Below, piece after piece: positions 39,401 through 52,967 of a stretch of DNA of 64,000 bases. Within the stretch, counting starts at the first letter, position 1. Every line of letters begins with the position of its first letter. Both the position numbers and the translations under genes were made by a program. The notes under the pieces were generated by a model that was not told where the DNA came from, did not search any database, and saw only the letters and a list, made by a program, of their open reading frames with translations. Origin of the DNA: Eledone cirrhosa (taxonomy: Eukaryota); contig OZ024743.1 of the NCBI GenBank assembly GCA_964016885.1, forward strand, positions 348,936,001 to 349,000,000. The letters run 5' to 3'.

Positions 39401-39833
39401 TAACTCATTTCAAAGTTTCTTTTGTCGTCTTTCGGGTTAATGTTCTGTCTTCTAGGTATAAATGATTCGGTCCTATATTCAATGCCTAATTTATGAATTA
39501 TTTCAGAAGCTTCTCTATTTACAATTTCCATGTGTGTTGTTGTTGATGTGTGCTGTTGTTGATGTGTGTTGTTGTTGTCTCCGTTTGTGTTATTATTGTT
39601 GTGTGTGTTGTTATTGTTGTTTGTGTCTGCGTGTCTGTTGTTGTTGTTTCTGGGTATATTGTTATTGTTGTTGATGTTGGTGTGTGTGTTGTTGTTATTG
39701 TTGTTTGTATCTGTGTGTCTGTTGTTGTTGGGATGTGTGTTGTATATGTGTGTGCGTATATTGTTGCTTTTGTTTTTGTTTTTGTTTTTGTTTTTGAGGC
39801 TCCAGCGTAGTTTTGTAAATGATTTTTCTATTT
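36453..39833 (-). mobile_element. Penelope-like element (RT + C-terminal GIY-YIG; Nematis-like by motif recall), decayed, with a long AT-rich 3' region
   Basis: IEKSFTKLRW, RLIAPFKSDLG, GLYRDD, VNFLDVTL, IIWYSPPFS, KLSYS, CPL..C..VVYKC..YVGST..FKTR..H. Confidence 0.9.
36479..36581 (-). ncRNA. Type I hammerhead ribozyme, intact core, extended stem I
   Basis: Minus strand: tatttataaaacc..tattttat CTGATGA aagcgcaccaa..ttggttgccctt GAAA tatata TA ataaaata..ggttttataaata. Confidence 0.88.
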
Positions 39834-41735
39834 CTGCCGGCGTTGTATGGGCTTCGAAAAGACCATAAAACGGGCAGTGACCCTGTCACGGGACAACCAA
39901 CACGGCCAGTCTGTGGAGCTAACATTGCTAGTAACTACAGACTGTCCTACTTCCTCTCCCTGATCATACGCCCCATCATTGAAATGTCCCCAGATGTATG
40001 TGACAGCACGGAGGACCTCCTCAGCAGAATCGGCGTGAGTAACCGATCTAGGGACCTAACAAACTGCATAATAGGTAGTATGGATGTTGTGTCCCTGTAT
40101 CCATCCATTGACGTGGATTTTGCTGTGGAGAAATGCGTAGAAATGATCAGTGAGAGCAATGTTGAGTTCCGTGGGATTGATACCAGTGAGCTGGGACTCC
40201 TACTTAAACTTCCCTATAGTAATAATTACCTAGACACATATGACCTTAGCAACCTGTGCCCTACAAGACCAGCAAGAAGCAGACCACATACCATTACCTC
40301 AATGGCCAAGAAAACCCACACAGATAGATGGAACGGGTGGACCAGAGCCATACGGACACCCGAAAACCACGATGAACTTAAGAAAATGATTGCACATGCG
40401 GTAGGGGCCAGCATAAAACTAACCCTTAAGGAACATATGTTCAAATTTAATGGAAAAACATATGCCCAAGAGGAAGGAGCAGCCATTGGTGTTAGCATTG
40501 CAGGCGACATAGCTAACTTATTCACGGTATGGTGGGACAGTAGACTTAAACTTAAACTTAAAGAACAATTAGAAGCCTCCTTAACCCTGATAATGTACTC
40601 CCGCTACGTTAATGATATAAACATCGTAGTTAAGACACCCCCTCTAGAGAACAGTCAGGAACTAGAGGAAAACACAATGGAAAGCATCCAGCAAATAGCA
40701 AACTCCATCCACCAGAGCATTAAAGTTACTATAGACTACCCAAGTAAACACCCCAACCATCGATTACCTGTACTAGACACAGAGCTCTGGTTAGATACCA
40801 TTAACAACAAAAAACAAATCCTCCATTCCCATTATGCCAAACCCATGACTTCCAAACATCTGATCCACCGAAACTCGGCCGTTTCGGACCATACCAAAAT
40901 CAACATACTGATTGCGGATTTGGTACGGGTGATGAGAAATGTGTCCCGCATGTGCAACCCCGAAGAACTAGAGAGACACATACAACACTTCATCCACCGT
41001 ATGTAGTTCTCTGGCTACAACCAGAGAGATAAAATCAGAGTGTATAGAGGAGCCAGAACCAAATGGGAAAAAAATGGTAAATAATGACATACATGGGACC
41101 TGCCCCTTGTATAGGAGCAAATTTTGGAATAGAATAAAAAGAACTAGGAACAAGGCTAATAGAATAAACTCATGGTATGATAGCAATAAATACCAGAGTG
41201 TAATGTTCATCGATACAACCCCTAGAGGGGAATTAGCTTACAAATTTAGAAGGGCCCTAAACAAACATATACTCAATATTAAGATAGTAGAAAGACCAGG
41301 TACCTCCGTAAAACACGTATTAGCAAGACATACCCTTTTCAAAGACCCCCAAGTACAGATAAGAAATGTATAACCTGTAAAATAAGCCCCCATATTAACT
41401 GCAAAACTAGAAATGTAGTGTATAGCATAAGATTTACTGAAGGACAATGTAGAGACAAAAATATAGTGTACATAGGTGAGACAGCTCGTAGTGTAGGAGA
41501 ACGGATAAATGAACACTGGCGAGACCTTCAAGATAGTAAAGAATCATCTGTACTCTACCAACATGCTAAAATAGAACACAAGGTTAAATTAAAGAACATA
41601 GAAATAAAAATAGAATCTACACACAGAAAAGACGCAATGTTTAGACAAATTACAGAGGCAATAAACATAAAAGAATTACAACCAAAATTAAATAGAAAAT
41701 ATGAGTGGAACAGCAACATCACAACTTACAATTAA
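39834..41735 (+). pseudogene. PLE RT/GIY-YIG polyprotein, interrupted; catalytic YVDD reads YVND
   Basis: ORFs 39819-41006, 41074-41373, 41418-41735. Confidence 0.85.
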
Positions 41736-41936
41736 GTACAAAATGAAAACACACACACACATAGAACAAACAACCAACCAGTAACATGTAAATAAACAAA
41801 TAAATAAATGAACATAAACACACACAGACACCCGGATGTGGCGCATGCGCAGACTGAGCACACAACACACACACAGATACAAAATGGCGTAGGACAGAAC
41901 AAAGGAGAGACACAGAAACAAAGAAAGGAATCCCCA

Positions 41937-41979
41937 GTCACTGAAGAGGTCACAGAGTGTGTGACGAAAGAACTATGAC
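41937..41979 (+). ncRNA. Minimal type I hammerhead, intact core
   Basis: gtca CTGAAGA g gtcac agagtgt gtgac GAAA gaac TA tgac. Confidence 0.85.
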
Positions 41980-42429
41980 AATATATAAACAACTATCTGG
42001 TTGTGGAACCAACCAACCAGAAATTTATAAATTTATAAATTTATTATAAATTTATTATAATAAATTGAAGTGAAAGCAACTGGTTCGTGTGTTTCTTATT
42101 GGCAACATGACCCTCCCAAAGTATAACAATATCGGTTTCAACACACGATTTCAGATAAAGAATCTTGCTAAACAAATTCAGAAACGAAATATATATATAT
42201 ATATATATATATATATCAATGAGAACAGAAGGCCTAGATTCTAATATATTATTTAGACTATGAGGCAAGACAATCGATGACGGGACCAGGTGTAATAGTC
42301 ATAAAAAATTTAGTTCAGTAATTCTTACAGGGTCATAGCAAAGATAAACAAAGGATTGCTAATCGTAATGTCTAGATCAACCCATTAATCAAACCATCCA
42401 ACATAGACTGTACGTATATATATATGTGT

Positions 42430-42965
<536 letters not shown>

Positions 42966-43080
42966 TATACATGTGTGGTGTGTATGTGTGTATGAATATA
43001 TATGTTACATTATTCAATACTTGGCGTAGTAGAGTATAGTTATACTATCGTGGTCTTGACTTTTTATGAAACATATACAT

Positions 43081-43199
43081 ATACATTGATGAAGGACTAG
43101 CGTCCGAAACGTTAAGACTCTTTTTCTACTACATCAAGCGTAAAAGTAACAATATTTTGTACTGTGTTATTTGCTTTCTTATTTCTGTTTGCGTTTTGC

Positions 43200-43200
<1 letters not shown>
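43081..43200 (+). mobile_element. PLE pLTR stub beginning at a truncated minimal hammerhead
   Basis: TTGATGA a ggac tagc gtcc GAAAC GTT at 43086-43113. Confidence 0.6.
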
Positions 43201-43270
<70 letters not shown>

Positions 43271-43654
43271 TGTGTGTGGATGTCTGTGTTTGTGTGAGTG
43301 TGTATGGGCGTGTGTATGAGTGTGTGTGTTTGTGTGTGTATATGTGACAGGGATTCTCAGATTATGGAATTCTAAGTGATATTTCATTGACCTACATAAA
43401 TAGCATTTCTATTCATAAAAGACATAATCAATTGTGTTAATCCCCTTTTTTTTATCTCTGTTCTTGTAGTATTTGCGTTGGTGACTCTGAAAATGTAGTT
43501 AGTGAGTGTTATTGAGGCTGCTGCTGCTATTGGTAGGTTTGTTGGTGTATGTAATGTCAGCGGTAGAATGTCTTTTTTCCAGATATTAGTATTACTGTCC
43601 CTAATGAGGTGCTACTAATGCAATCAAGTAATATCATGTTGCTCTAATTTCCTA

Positions 43655-43810
<156 letters not shown>

Positions 43811-43984
43811 ATGAAATAAAATGAAAACGAAATTTCATTTCTCACGTATATACACACATACTTACATATATATATATATGAATGTATATATAGTGTATTT
43901 TGCAATATACTGTATGTTTAATTAAAAGCATTTTGAAGACCTTACACTATTGTTTTAAAGTAGTGACAATGTCGCTTACTTAAA

Positions 43985-44076
43985 TTTTCAGCAAACATGG
44001 GAGATAAGCTGACAAAGCTCTGTTTCGTACTTGATGGTACTTATCAAATCTCACTACTCTTCTTGTTTGCTGAAAA
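43985..44076 (-). ncRNA. Type I hammerhead with U3-A8 core variant
   Basis: Minus strand: ttttcagcaaaca..gtgagat TTGATAA gtac catcaa gtac GAAA cagagctttg TC agcttat..tgtttgctgaaaa. Confidence 0.8.
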
Positions 44077-44384
44077 GTATGTGTGTTGGATTCTTATAAA
44101 ATGCCAGTAATAATCAGGAACTGATTATACAGAGCGGTCGCCGGTCCAGCAGAAATTGAAAATTAGAATTGGTGCTCTGAAATAGCGATATATATATGAA
44201 TGTATATATAGTGTATTTTGCAATACACTGTATGCTTAATTAAAAGCATTTTGAAGACCATACGCTATTGTTTTAACGTAGTGACAATGTCACTTACTTA
44301 AATTTTTAGCAAACAGGGGAGATAACATGACAGAGCTATGTTCCTGATTATTACTGGAATTCTATAAGAATCCAACACACATAA

Positions 44385-44476
44385 TTTTCAGCAAACAGGA
44401 AGACTAGTGAGCTTTAATAAGTACCAACAAGTACGATACAGAGCTCTGTCAGCTTATCTCCCCTGTTTGCTGAAAA
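44385..44476 (+). ncRNA. Inverted copy of the R2 hammerhead, core decayed
   Basis: ttttcagcaaacagg..gtgagct TTAATAA gtac caacaa gtac GATA cagagctctg TC agcttat..cctgtttgctgaaaa. Confidence 0.72.
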
Positions 44477-44827
44477 TTTAAGTAAGTGACATTGTCACTA
44501 CTTTAAAACAATAGCGTATGGAAAATTATCAAAATCTGTGATACAATAAGATATATTTGAAGAAAGAGAAGAACCCCTCCACTGGTGGTTTGTGGATGGA
44601 ATACCAACCACCTTTCTACTCATTGTTTTCGTTTTACAAACATGTATTTCTATGCATGTAATTGTGTACTGCAATTTGTGTATATTTACCATATCTCATC
44701 TTAGGCTGAGATCCTGTCGAGTCAATAAAATATATTGGTTTTCTATTGGCCCAAAGATGCATGTCATATTATTAGTATAACCTATAGTTTTGATTCAATG
44801 AAACATTTGTCACTCATTTATTTATGA

Positions 44828-44988
44828 AGGGCGGTGGATTGTTAGAACCAGTAGAGTGGCGGACAACATGCTTAAACGTATAGAGTTACGGCCCTTTATA
44901 TAGAGTTAGCTTTGACTCCCATCATTCTGGCGTCAATAAAATAAGGTAGATTTTAGCTTTGGCCGTGTGCCGGTATCGGAAACCATTC
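44828..44988 (+). mobile_element. SINE S1, old and internally deleted
   Basis: GGCGGTGGATTG head, GAGTTACGGCCCTT, GTCAATAAAATAAG, GGCCGTGTGCC tail. Confidence 0.65.
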
Positions 44989-45473
44989 AAGTATCTGTGA
45001 GCATGCATGTGATTTTATATATTTTTCTATTTATTTTACGACAATTTAATTAGACCTTTTGTCTTAATATACCATAAATTAATTCCATCTTTTATATTTT
45101 AATGTGTTCCAAATCTGTTTTACGGAAACTTATTTATCATACTACCATGGCATCCAAACTTATTTTCATTTGATACCAATAAACACCCATTATTTTTTAC
45201 GCATCCATTGCTGGAGATATGATATCTTTGCAAGTGGACTCTATTACGACATTGATAATTTGAAATATGAAATCTTGGTTAGCCATAATCCCCCAAAATG
45301 TATCATCCATTACAAATTATATATATCCCATCTGAAGCCGCATTTGAGTAATTTTAACAGTGTATGTGTACACACTAGTGTATACATATAATACTTGTTT
45401 CTCCTTTTGGCACAAGGCTAGCAATTACTCAGTGGATTACTGGTACTTTAAGATCTCGTTCCTGGATATGTCA

Positions 45474-45574
45474 ATATTTATAAAACCAACTTTGTATTTT
45501 ATCTGATGAGTGCGTACCAAAATGTTGGTACCCATGAAATATATATAATAGAATAAATATGGTTTTATAAATAT
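45474..45574 (+). ncRNA. Type I hammerhead ribozyme, intact core, in a solo pLTR stub related to 36453-36590
   Basis: atatttataaaacc..tattttat CTGATGA gtgcgtaccaa aatg ttggtacccat GAAA tatata TA atagaata..ggttttataaatat. Confidence 0.88.
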
Positions 45575-45598
45575 AGTTTCCATTTATTAATATCATTG

Positions 45599-45630
<32 letters not shown>

Positions 45631-45754
45631 TTATATTTATATATACACTGGTATCTCTGTGTGTGTATATATATATATATAATATATATATATATGATAT
45701 TCAAAACATGAGCGTCCCAACACAAATGAAAATAATAATGGTCGATCCCTATAA

Positions 45755-45945
45755 ATAATTGTTTCTACTTTTGGCACAAGGCCAGCAATTAACTAGTGCA
45801 TTACTGGTACTTTATTTTATCGACCCCGTAAGGATGAAAGACAAAGTTAACCTCAGCGGGATTTGAACTCAGATCATAAAGGGCCGTAACTCTTTGCTGC
45901 AAAGCATGACGTCCGATCCTCTGCCGATACTGCCAATCCACCAAA
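45755..45945 (-). mobile_element. SINE S1, full length
   Basis: Reverse complement of S1; a further tail fragment lies at ~45395-45450. Confidence 0.9.
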
Positions 45946-46061
45946 TAATGTTCCTGAAAATCTGTTAAAGTATCTCTGCAGCCAGGAAAATCTGTGTACA
46001 TTGGATGCACATATTTCAAATTAAAAATGTTCCTAATATTTCTTAAGTCAATTGCTTTGTT

Positions 46062-46116
<55 letters not shown>

Positions 46117-46132
46117 ATGTGTGTGTGTGCGT

Positions 46133-46206
<74 letters not shown>

Positions 46207-46433
46207 ACAATACGTATATATATATATATATATTCATGCAAAAGTAAACTTATCACGACTGGCCACTTAAAAGACGTGATTGTCATACCAATTAGTATCG
46301 AGTTAGTTGAATCCTAATATTTCTCACCCGCCCAACGTCAATTTACCTATATAGTGACATTTTTATCTTACTACAGCTCGGTCTGACAATTAATTCCGTG
46401 TTAATGTTATTTATTTATCTATTTTCTATTCTC

Positions 46434-46465
<32 letters not shown>

Positions 46466-46891
46466 TATTATTATTATTATTATTATTGTCTGTCAGAGTG
46501 TGAAGACATGTTACTGAGAGCTCAGCAAGTTGATGCATTTTCAAAACTTTTCGTTCGTATTAAGTGTTCTATTCCTTTCGAAAATGGGAGTAAGCCTTCC
46601 GGCTGTGCCTTGTGAAATGGAGTCATTTTGGCCCAAATATTTGAACTTTAATTTTTTTGCTTATCTAAAAAAATTGCCGTGACAGGCAATTTAAGTCTGC
46701 CGTCTCCTGATAGCGACATAAATGTTGATAGGAGAGACATAACACAAATATGGACACAGAAAAATAATTACAAATAGATCATACAACAACGAATTTAACA
46801 ACACCAGCACCAACAAGAACCTTTTCGCTGCTCTAGCAGCCACAAAACGACCTGTCACAAAAAGAAAAAAAAACATATATATATATATATG

Positions 46892-46945
<54 letters not shown>

Positions 46946-47096
46946 CACATGCACACATATTATTTACGTATGAAATAAGCTATTTTCGTTTTATAATTAA
47001 GTGTATCTTCTTTTCATTAACATCTGTTCACCGTCGAAATTGAAATCAAATACGACACCTACATGTATGAGTATTAACAATTAGATCTAAAAAGAA

Positions 47097-47192
47097 ATAA
47101 TTGTTTCTACTTTTGTCACAAGGCCAGCAATAACCCAGTACATTACTGGTACTTTATTTTATCGACCCCGTAAGGATGAAAGGCAAAGTTAA
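47097..47192 (-). mobile_element. SINE S1, 5'-truncated
   Basis: Core and tail match S1. Confidence 0.85.
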
Positions 47193-49029
47193 ATTTGGAC
47201 ATATAATGTGCAACCCGTTCAGAGGAACTGGGATCTCATTTCTATAACATTCTGAGCCACAATGTTTTTAATTACCTTAGATCACGGAAGACCCTCTGCT
47301 TTACTCTATCTAATTATGCTCACCCAATTCTTTTGGTTTCAGATTAAAGCTATAAACCCCTAAAGTCGCATTTTGTATAATGTGTAGTTCAATGTGCCTC
47401 CAGGAGAAATGTCATTTTGCTTATTGCCTTGCAATGCGTATCATTGGGAAACAACAATTTCAGATCAAAGTTACGTTGAGAGGGGATTAAACGGTGAATG
47501 TGGAAGAACCGTTTTAATAACGGCATTTATACAAGTATTGATCGACAGCCTTCGAATAATAACTATTATTAACATATTTCAATATTAAATTGGACTTATT
47601 TAGACAGAGAGAACATATATCTTAATTTCGTTCAGTCTAATCTTTTCATTTTAATATTTAAGTTTCTAAATATATCTTCATATTTAGACGCTGTCAATCA
47701 ATAGTATTGTTGCTATCATTATTGATAATATTGTTGCTATCATTATTCCTCGTTATTTAGATTTATTATCACCTCTAAATATAAATTCAATCTGATTTTT
47801 TTTTTTGTAATAATATTTTATGATACTAATAAGACGTTTTGTTTCTTTGAATATTGAATATTTTTTAGTTCGTTTCTCTTTTTCCTCGAAATATAAACAA
47901 CATTAAACATTTAAATATAACCAAGTAAACACACTAATTCATTGAAACACTTGTAAAAATAGAAGGTACTCACTAAATTTTTAAAATATTCTCTCTCTCT
48001 CTCTCCCTCTCACTCTCTCTCTCACACACACATAAACAACCATAGCACATACACACACGTAATTTGGTGGAAATACAGCTTCTATATCCAGCGAGCGAAC
48101 TGAACATGTTTATTTCTCGCTACTTTAGTATTAGCTGTGTATTCTAAAAAAAAAGCGGATTTACAGGAATTGTAAAGATTTGAATAAATAAATATCTTGG
48201 CTATTTAGTTATATCTTTGTATCTTGTGTTGAAATTCATATGATGCCTTCTTTCTGCTGGAATCCATAAAATAAGTAGAGCCAATTCAGTAATTCGACAT
48301 TATTGACTTTGTTAATTCCCGTATGTGATTCTTATATATATATATATACTCCAGCATGGACACGACTTTACCAAATGATTAAGAAGTTGCTCTTGCAATC
48401 ATTGGGTCACGAGATCTTTTTCACTGCGTGGTATATCTTATCCAAGTGTTATTTATCTCAACCATAAGTCGAACCATACCTTATGAGCGAAATTATCCAG
48501 AAACATTTCGACTTTATTTAGAGCCATAAAAACCAAATTAAAATATATATTGAGCTTACTTATTAAGAAATGTGTATTTAATGGCCCCAAACCACTTCAC
48601 TTGATAAGCTTTGTGGTTATAATTACTTTTCTATTTCTAGCGGTATCATCGTCCGCTTTGTGGATTTAACGTTATTTCAACATGTGATTCTCAGCATAGT
48701 GGTCACGTTGGACTTAACTGTGATATTCCCAGGTATATTGATTTATTTACAAACTTCATTGTATATTTCCTTTAGAATGGTGAGATTAAACTTCCGAAGA
48801 GTACCTGAGTCTCATGTGGTTTAATTATAATCGCTAGTTTGCCTTCGATGATCGAATATATTAATTGTTTTTTTTTCTTTGGATGATCGATTACAAAGTT
48901 CGAATTTTAGCCATACTCTCCAGGTATGAAATAGCGCTAGAAGGTTTCACTTACGATCCCATCTGTGTACATATTCTTCAATTGAATATGTATTTGGTAT
49001 ATGTGCTGTGTTTCTCTTACTATATATGG

Positions 49030-49076
<47 letters not shown>

Positions 49077-49136
49077 GCTCTTTCCTCCCCCCCCCATCTC
49101 TCTCTCTCTCTCTAAACATATATATTTTAATTTGGC

Positions 49137-49186
<50 letters not shown>

Positions 49187-49627
49187 AACAACCATGTGAT
49201 CATGAGCAGAGATGCTATAAAATAACTTATAAAATAGGGTGAAGACCCTTAAAGAACGGGAAAAGAAGTTGCCACCGGCATATATAAATTACAGTAATGA
49301 CAGCCATGTTTAGCTGAAGTATTTGTTGTATTTACTGATTCGATTTTCAGTTAATATCCGTAGTAGTCTCAAATTTGATTCTAATTATTTACTGTGGTCA
49401 TTTCTTTATGATGGATATTGCATTCCATTTTAGTATATTATTTACTTTTTTCCGTGAAACATATTCATTTGATTGTAAGAAAGGTTAACGTACAGAAGAG
49501 ATAGAAAGATGTGATAAAGGAACAAAAGGAATACATTACTGTGAGTACAAGAGAATGTGAGAGAGAGAAAGAAAGGAAGAAAGACGTAAATAAGAGAAAG
49601 CGAGAGTACGAGAGAAAGTCTGTGTGT

Positions 49628-49656
49628 GAGATAGATAGATATATAGATAGATAGAC

Positions 49657-49745
<89 letters not shown>
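49628..49745. repeat. (GATA)n/(GA)n microsatellite
   Basis: Direct reading. Confidence 0.95.
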
Positions 49746-49749
<4 letters not shown>

Positions 49750-50205
49750 TGAACAACAGAATAAAGAATAGAGGTGAAGATTTCAGTGTAGAGATGAGAG
49801 GGAAAAATTACAAAATATATATAGAGAGAGAGGATATAGTAAAGTGAGAAAGGGGAGCATGCAATATGAGAGCTATGAAGTATTTGAGAAAGAGAGGTAG
49901 ACATAGAAAGGTAGAAAATACAAAAATGGAGAGAGAGAGTGTGTGTGACTGAGAGAGAGAGAGAGAGCTGTTATTGTTAAACTACATCTCTCCTCTGATT
50001 GTATTAGCTTAAGGCCAAAAGCGTTCCAACCATAGCAACCCAATATCCTTATATATTAAATACCACATATACTTAATTTCTTTATATATATATATATACA
50101 TACATATATATATTTATAGGTACATTGACAACGAAAATCGGAAACTAAGTAAATGAACTTACATAAAGACGTTAAAATCCCGATTTCTAATTTCTACACA
50201 GCTGG

Positions 50206-50206
<1 letters not shown>

Positions 50207-50258
<52 letters not shown>
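50207..50258. repeat. Poly-C homopolymer, ~52 nt
   Basis: Direct reading. Confidence 0.95.
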
Positions 50259-50282
50259 ACATATATATATATATATATATAT

Positions 50283-50425
50283 ATTGTAATAATGTAAAAT
50301 CCGAAGAGGGCTCGAGAAGGATAATATATATATAAAAATATATAAAACCATAAGCCAAATATTGACTGAAATAACAGATTAAAGTTTAAGCAAAGAATCG
50401 CTACTTTCACCCTTAACGGGATCTT
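50283..50425 (-). mobile_element. pLTR stub of the PLE family at 11540-13206
   Basis: Aligns to 11540-11680 (AAATAACAGATTAAAGTTTAAGCAAAGAATCGCT..CACCCTTAACG). Confidence 0.8.
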
Positions 50426-50769
50426 TTATATACTACAAGGATAAATGAACACGGATTCAGTGCATCATAACATATTTAATTACATATTTTTCACTATCGA
50501 TCAGCTCGAGGAAAGACCTATTATAGATAGAACCTGATTCTGTAATCTGAAGATCTTCAGATATGCTTGCTATACGATCTCCCAAATTCCAATCCATCGT
50601 TCTCGTCGAGGGTTTTGGAAGCAGAACAGAAATGTTTCTAACTAACCTGTTTCTGGTGGAACTTTGTTGACTAATGACCCCCTTGTGTATCCAAATCGAT
50701 TATGACAACTGTGCATTAAATCTATCCCTCAAAGGACACTATAATGACACTATTGTACTGTGGCAAATA

Positions 50770-52860
50770 GTGTGATTGTGGAAGAAAATCCCGATGGTCG
50801 AATACCTCTCTTAATATCTACGATTAATATCGGTACAATTAATAAAGGCGAACTATTTCATGAACTATTGTAACTATGCCACAAACCTTCGCTCGATGCA
50901 GTACCCATACAAACATATAGGTGAAAAACTTGTCTCGAGCCTTCTGCTACAATCACAGCCTCGTCATGATCCTAAAAACTGATTTACTCATCTGTGGATG
51001 AAAGAGGAGTTGGTGTCAATGGAATAATGTCAATATCGCCTATTGTGAAAGCAATAATAAGCATTACCACAGTACCACCAAGTTGATGAATACAAATACA
51101 AAGGTGAGTGACTTTTCTGCCAACAGAAGATAAATATGATGAGATTAAAGACGAGTTTTATGCAAACCTTTGAAAACAACATCATCAGCGCCACAACATA
51201 ACCTAATATTGCTGATGAGTGACTTTAAGGTTACAATCGATCTAGACTCTGCTGACACCTCTCTGTGTGTCACCGGACGGCATATATAACACAATTGGAC
51301 AAATAGAAATGGGGAAATATTCATCACTTTCTGTGCGTCATCTCAAATGAATATAGCAAGCAATTCAAAGCCCCATAAACCCGATATCAGTTAACCTAAC
51401 AAATTCCCAAATGGATGCAAGGCACAACTGAACGATACCTTAATCAACGGCATATGGATAAACTCATTTAGAGATTTACTACTCATTTAAGGCGAGATTT
51501 GAATTTAGATCATCGAATGGGATGGCAAAATGTAAAGGGCCAGCTACAGAATAGCACATCCTAAGATTGGGGCCAAATTTTGATTGTGTAGCCCTCTCAA
51601 AAAAAAAACGCAGAGCTATTGAAATAACATATTGTTTCCAAGCCCTTACAGTGTTGAATAATGACGTTGGTTATGTAAAGATCAACATAAAATATTACAA
51701 ATCATAGATGCTACAAATGAGAAACTCCTAACTAAGAAAAGAAAAAAAAACAACACAATGCTTCTGTGAAAACAGCGACTATCTTAGTCAAACGTGTAGA
51801 GCAGCTAAGAAAGGATACCAGAGTCAAAGGATAGACACTTGCTACAGAGGAGGCTGAAAAATGAATAGAATCAGACATAATTAGCTGACCTCTATAGGCG
51901 AACAAGCAAATGAAGCAACCACAACAGACGGGATTGATGAAGTCTTCTGTCTTTTCAATAAGCAAGTGTTATTGTCTACTTCACTTGTCAACAAAATAGA
52001 TGTGACCAAGCAAGAGGGATCTGTGTTTCCCCGTTGAAAAAATGTTTATCAACAGCGGCAGAACACATTGACATCAGACAACTGACTTTACCAGGAAAGA
52101 GCTGAACAAAGCTCTCTATATTCTCAAACTTCAAAAAGCAAGTGATATCGATATGTCAGTTAGAACGGCAGTTCTGAAGTGTGATGGTTAAGCTCTTCAT
52201 GAGGATCTTCTGAACGTATGCAAGAACGTCTACAAAAATCATAAACAACCACTGGAATGGAAGCAGAATATCATCATTTCCATACCGAAAAACGTCATAA
52301 AAATAATGTCGGTCTTCATAGAAATTTCTCTGATGTCTGTTGCAGCAAAAACCTATAATACAATGCTTTAAAACTGTTTGTATTCTGTTCTGAATGATAA
52401 GATTAGGCAATTTGGGTCTGGATTCCCAAAAGGCCGAAACTTTGCAGAGCAAATCCACATCTTAAGATTAATAGAAGTTGTCTATCAGAAGCAACTGCCA
52501 GTTGTTTTCGCGCTCATAATTTTCAGCAAAACCTTCACAGGCACGTCCTCGGTGTTAAATGTACTGACCGCGTCAAATAATGAAGATAATTTTAAAATAG
52601 ACAACAGACTGCAACTGGTCAAGAATTATTACACACTACAGCTAAGAACTCTAGGGCATTTTGGATAAGAGCAAACAAGATCCCAGTATCAGGATTTCAG
52701 CCAGATAATGGCAAGAGCATGCGAGGCCGCTCAGGAAAAAGCTTTATCCAAATGACTGAGTGAAGAAGAATCGTCAGGCTGTTTGACACAATTCCAATGA
52801 GAGATTATTGTATCTATGTTAGAAACTGACTCTCTCACTATGGGTAAACATTCATACAAT
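50770..52860 (+). mobile_element. Very old RTE-like LINE remnant (APE + RT)
   Basis: LLMSDFK, NRNGE..FC, SGFPKGRNFAEQIHILR..IIFSKTF fragments; boundaries approximate. Confidence 0.6.
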
Positions 52861-52967
52861 TATAAAACCAGAAAAACATGCATATATACGTACGTACATA
52901 CAAAAATATATACAAACATAAATACATACAAACATGCATACATACAAACATGCATACATACATACAT

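Larger units (their letters stand above)
39834..42190 (+). mobile_element. Penelope-like element of a second clade, 5'-truncated, RT + GIY-YIG + pLTR
   Basis: LYGLRKDHK, TRPVC, SMDVVSLYPSI, QEEGAAIG, RYVNDI, LPVLD, YIGETARSVGERINEH, RQITEA, LNRKYEW. Confidence 0.9.
43870..44521 (-). mobile_element. Candidate retrozyme family R2: ~1.5 tandem 318-bp monomers plus an inverted segment (44341-44521)
   Basis: ATGAATGTATATATAGTG at 43878 and 44196; 44341-44521 is the reverse complement of ~43940-44120; hammerhead in the monomer. Confidence 0.75.

Noticed and set aside
37799-39833. Selenocysteine recoding as in some Naiad PLEs
   Set aside because: The endonuclease is C-terminal (not the Naiad layout), the stop in the Cys-rich linker is TAA, and no SECIS was seen
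49236-49275. GTGAAGA ccc..ggg AAAA hammerhead-like spacing
   Set aside because: Both core boxes are imperfect and there is no convincing stem I
46400-49400. Host exons in the repeat-poor AT-rich stretch
   Set aside because: No ORF with recognisable protein features; small exons cannot be excluded without transcripts
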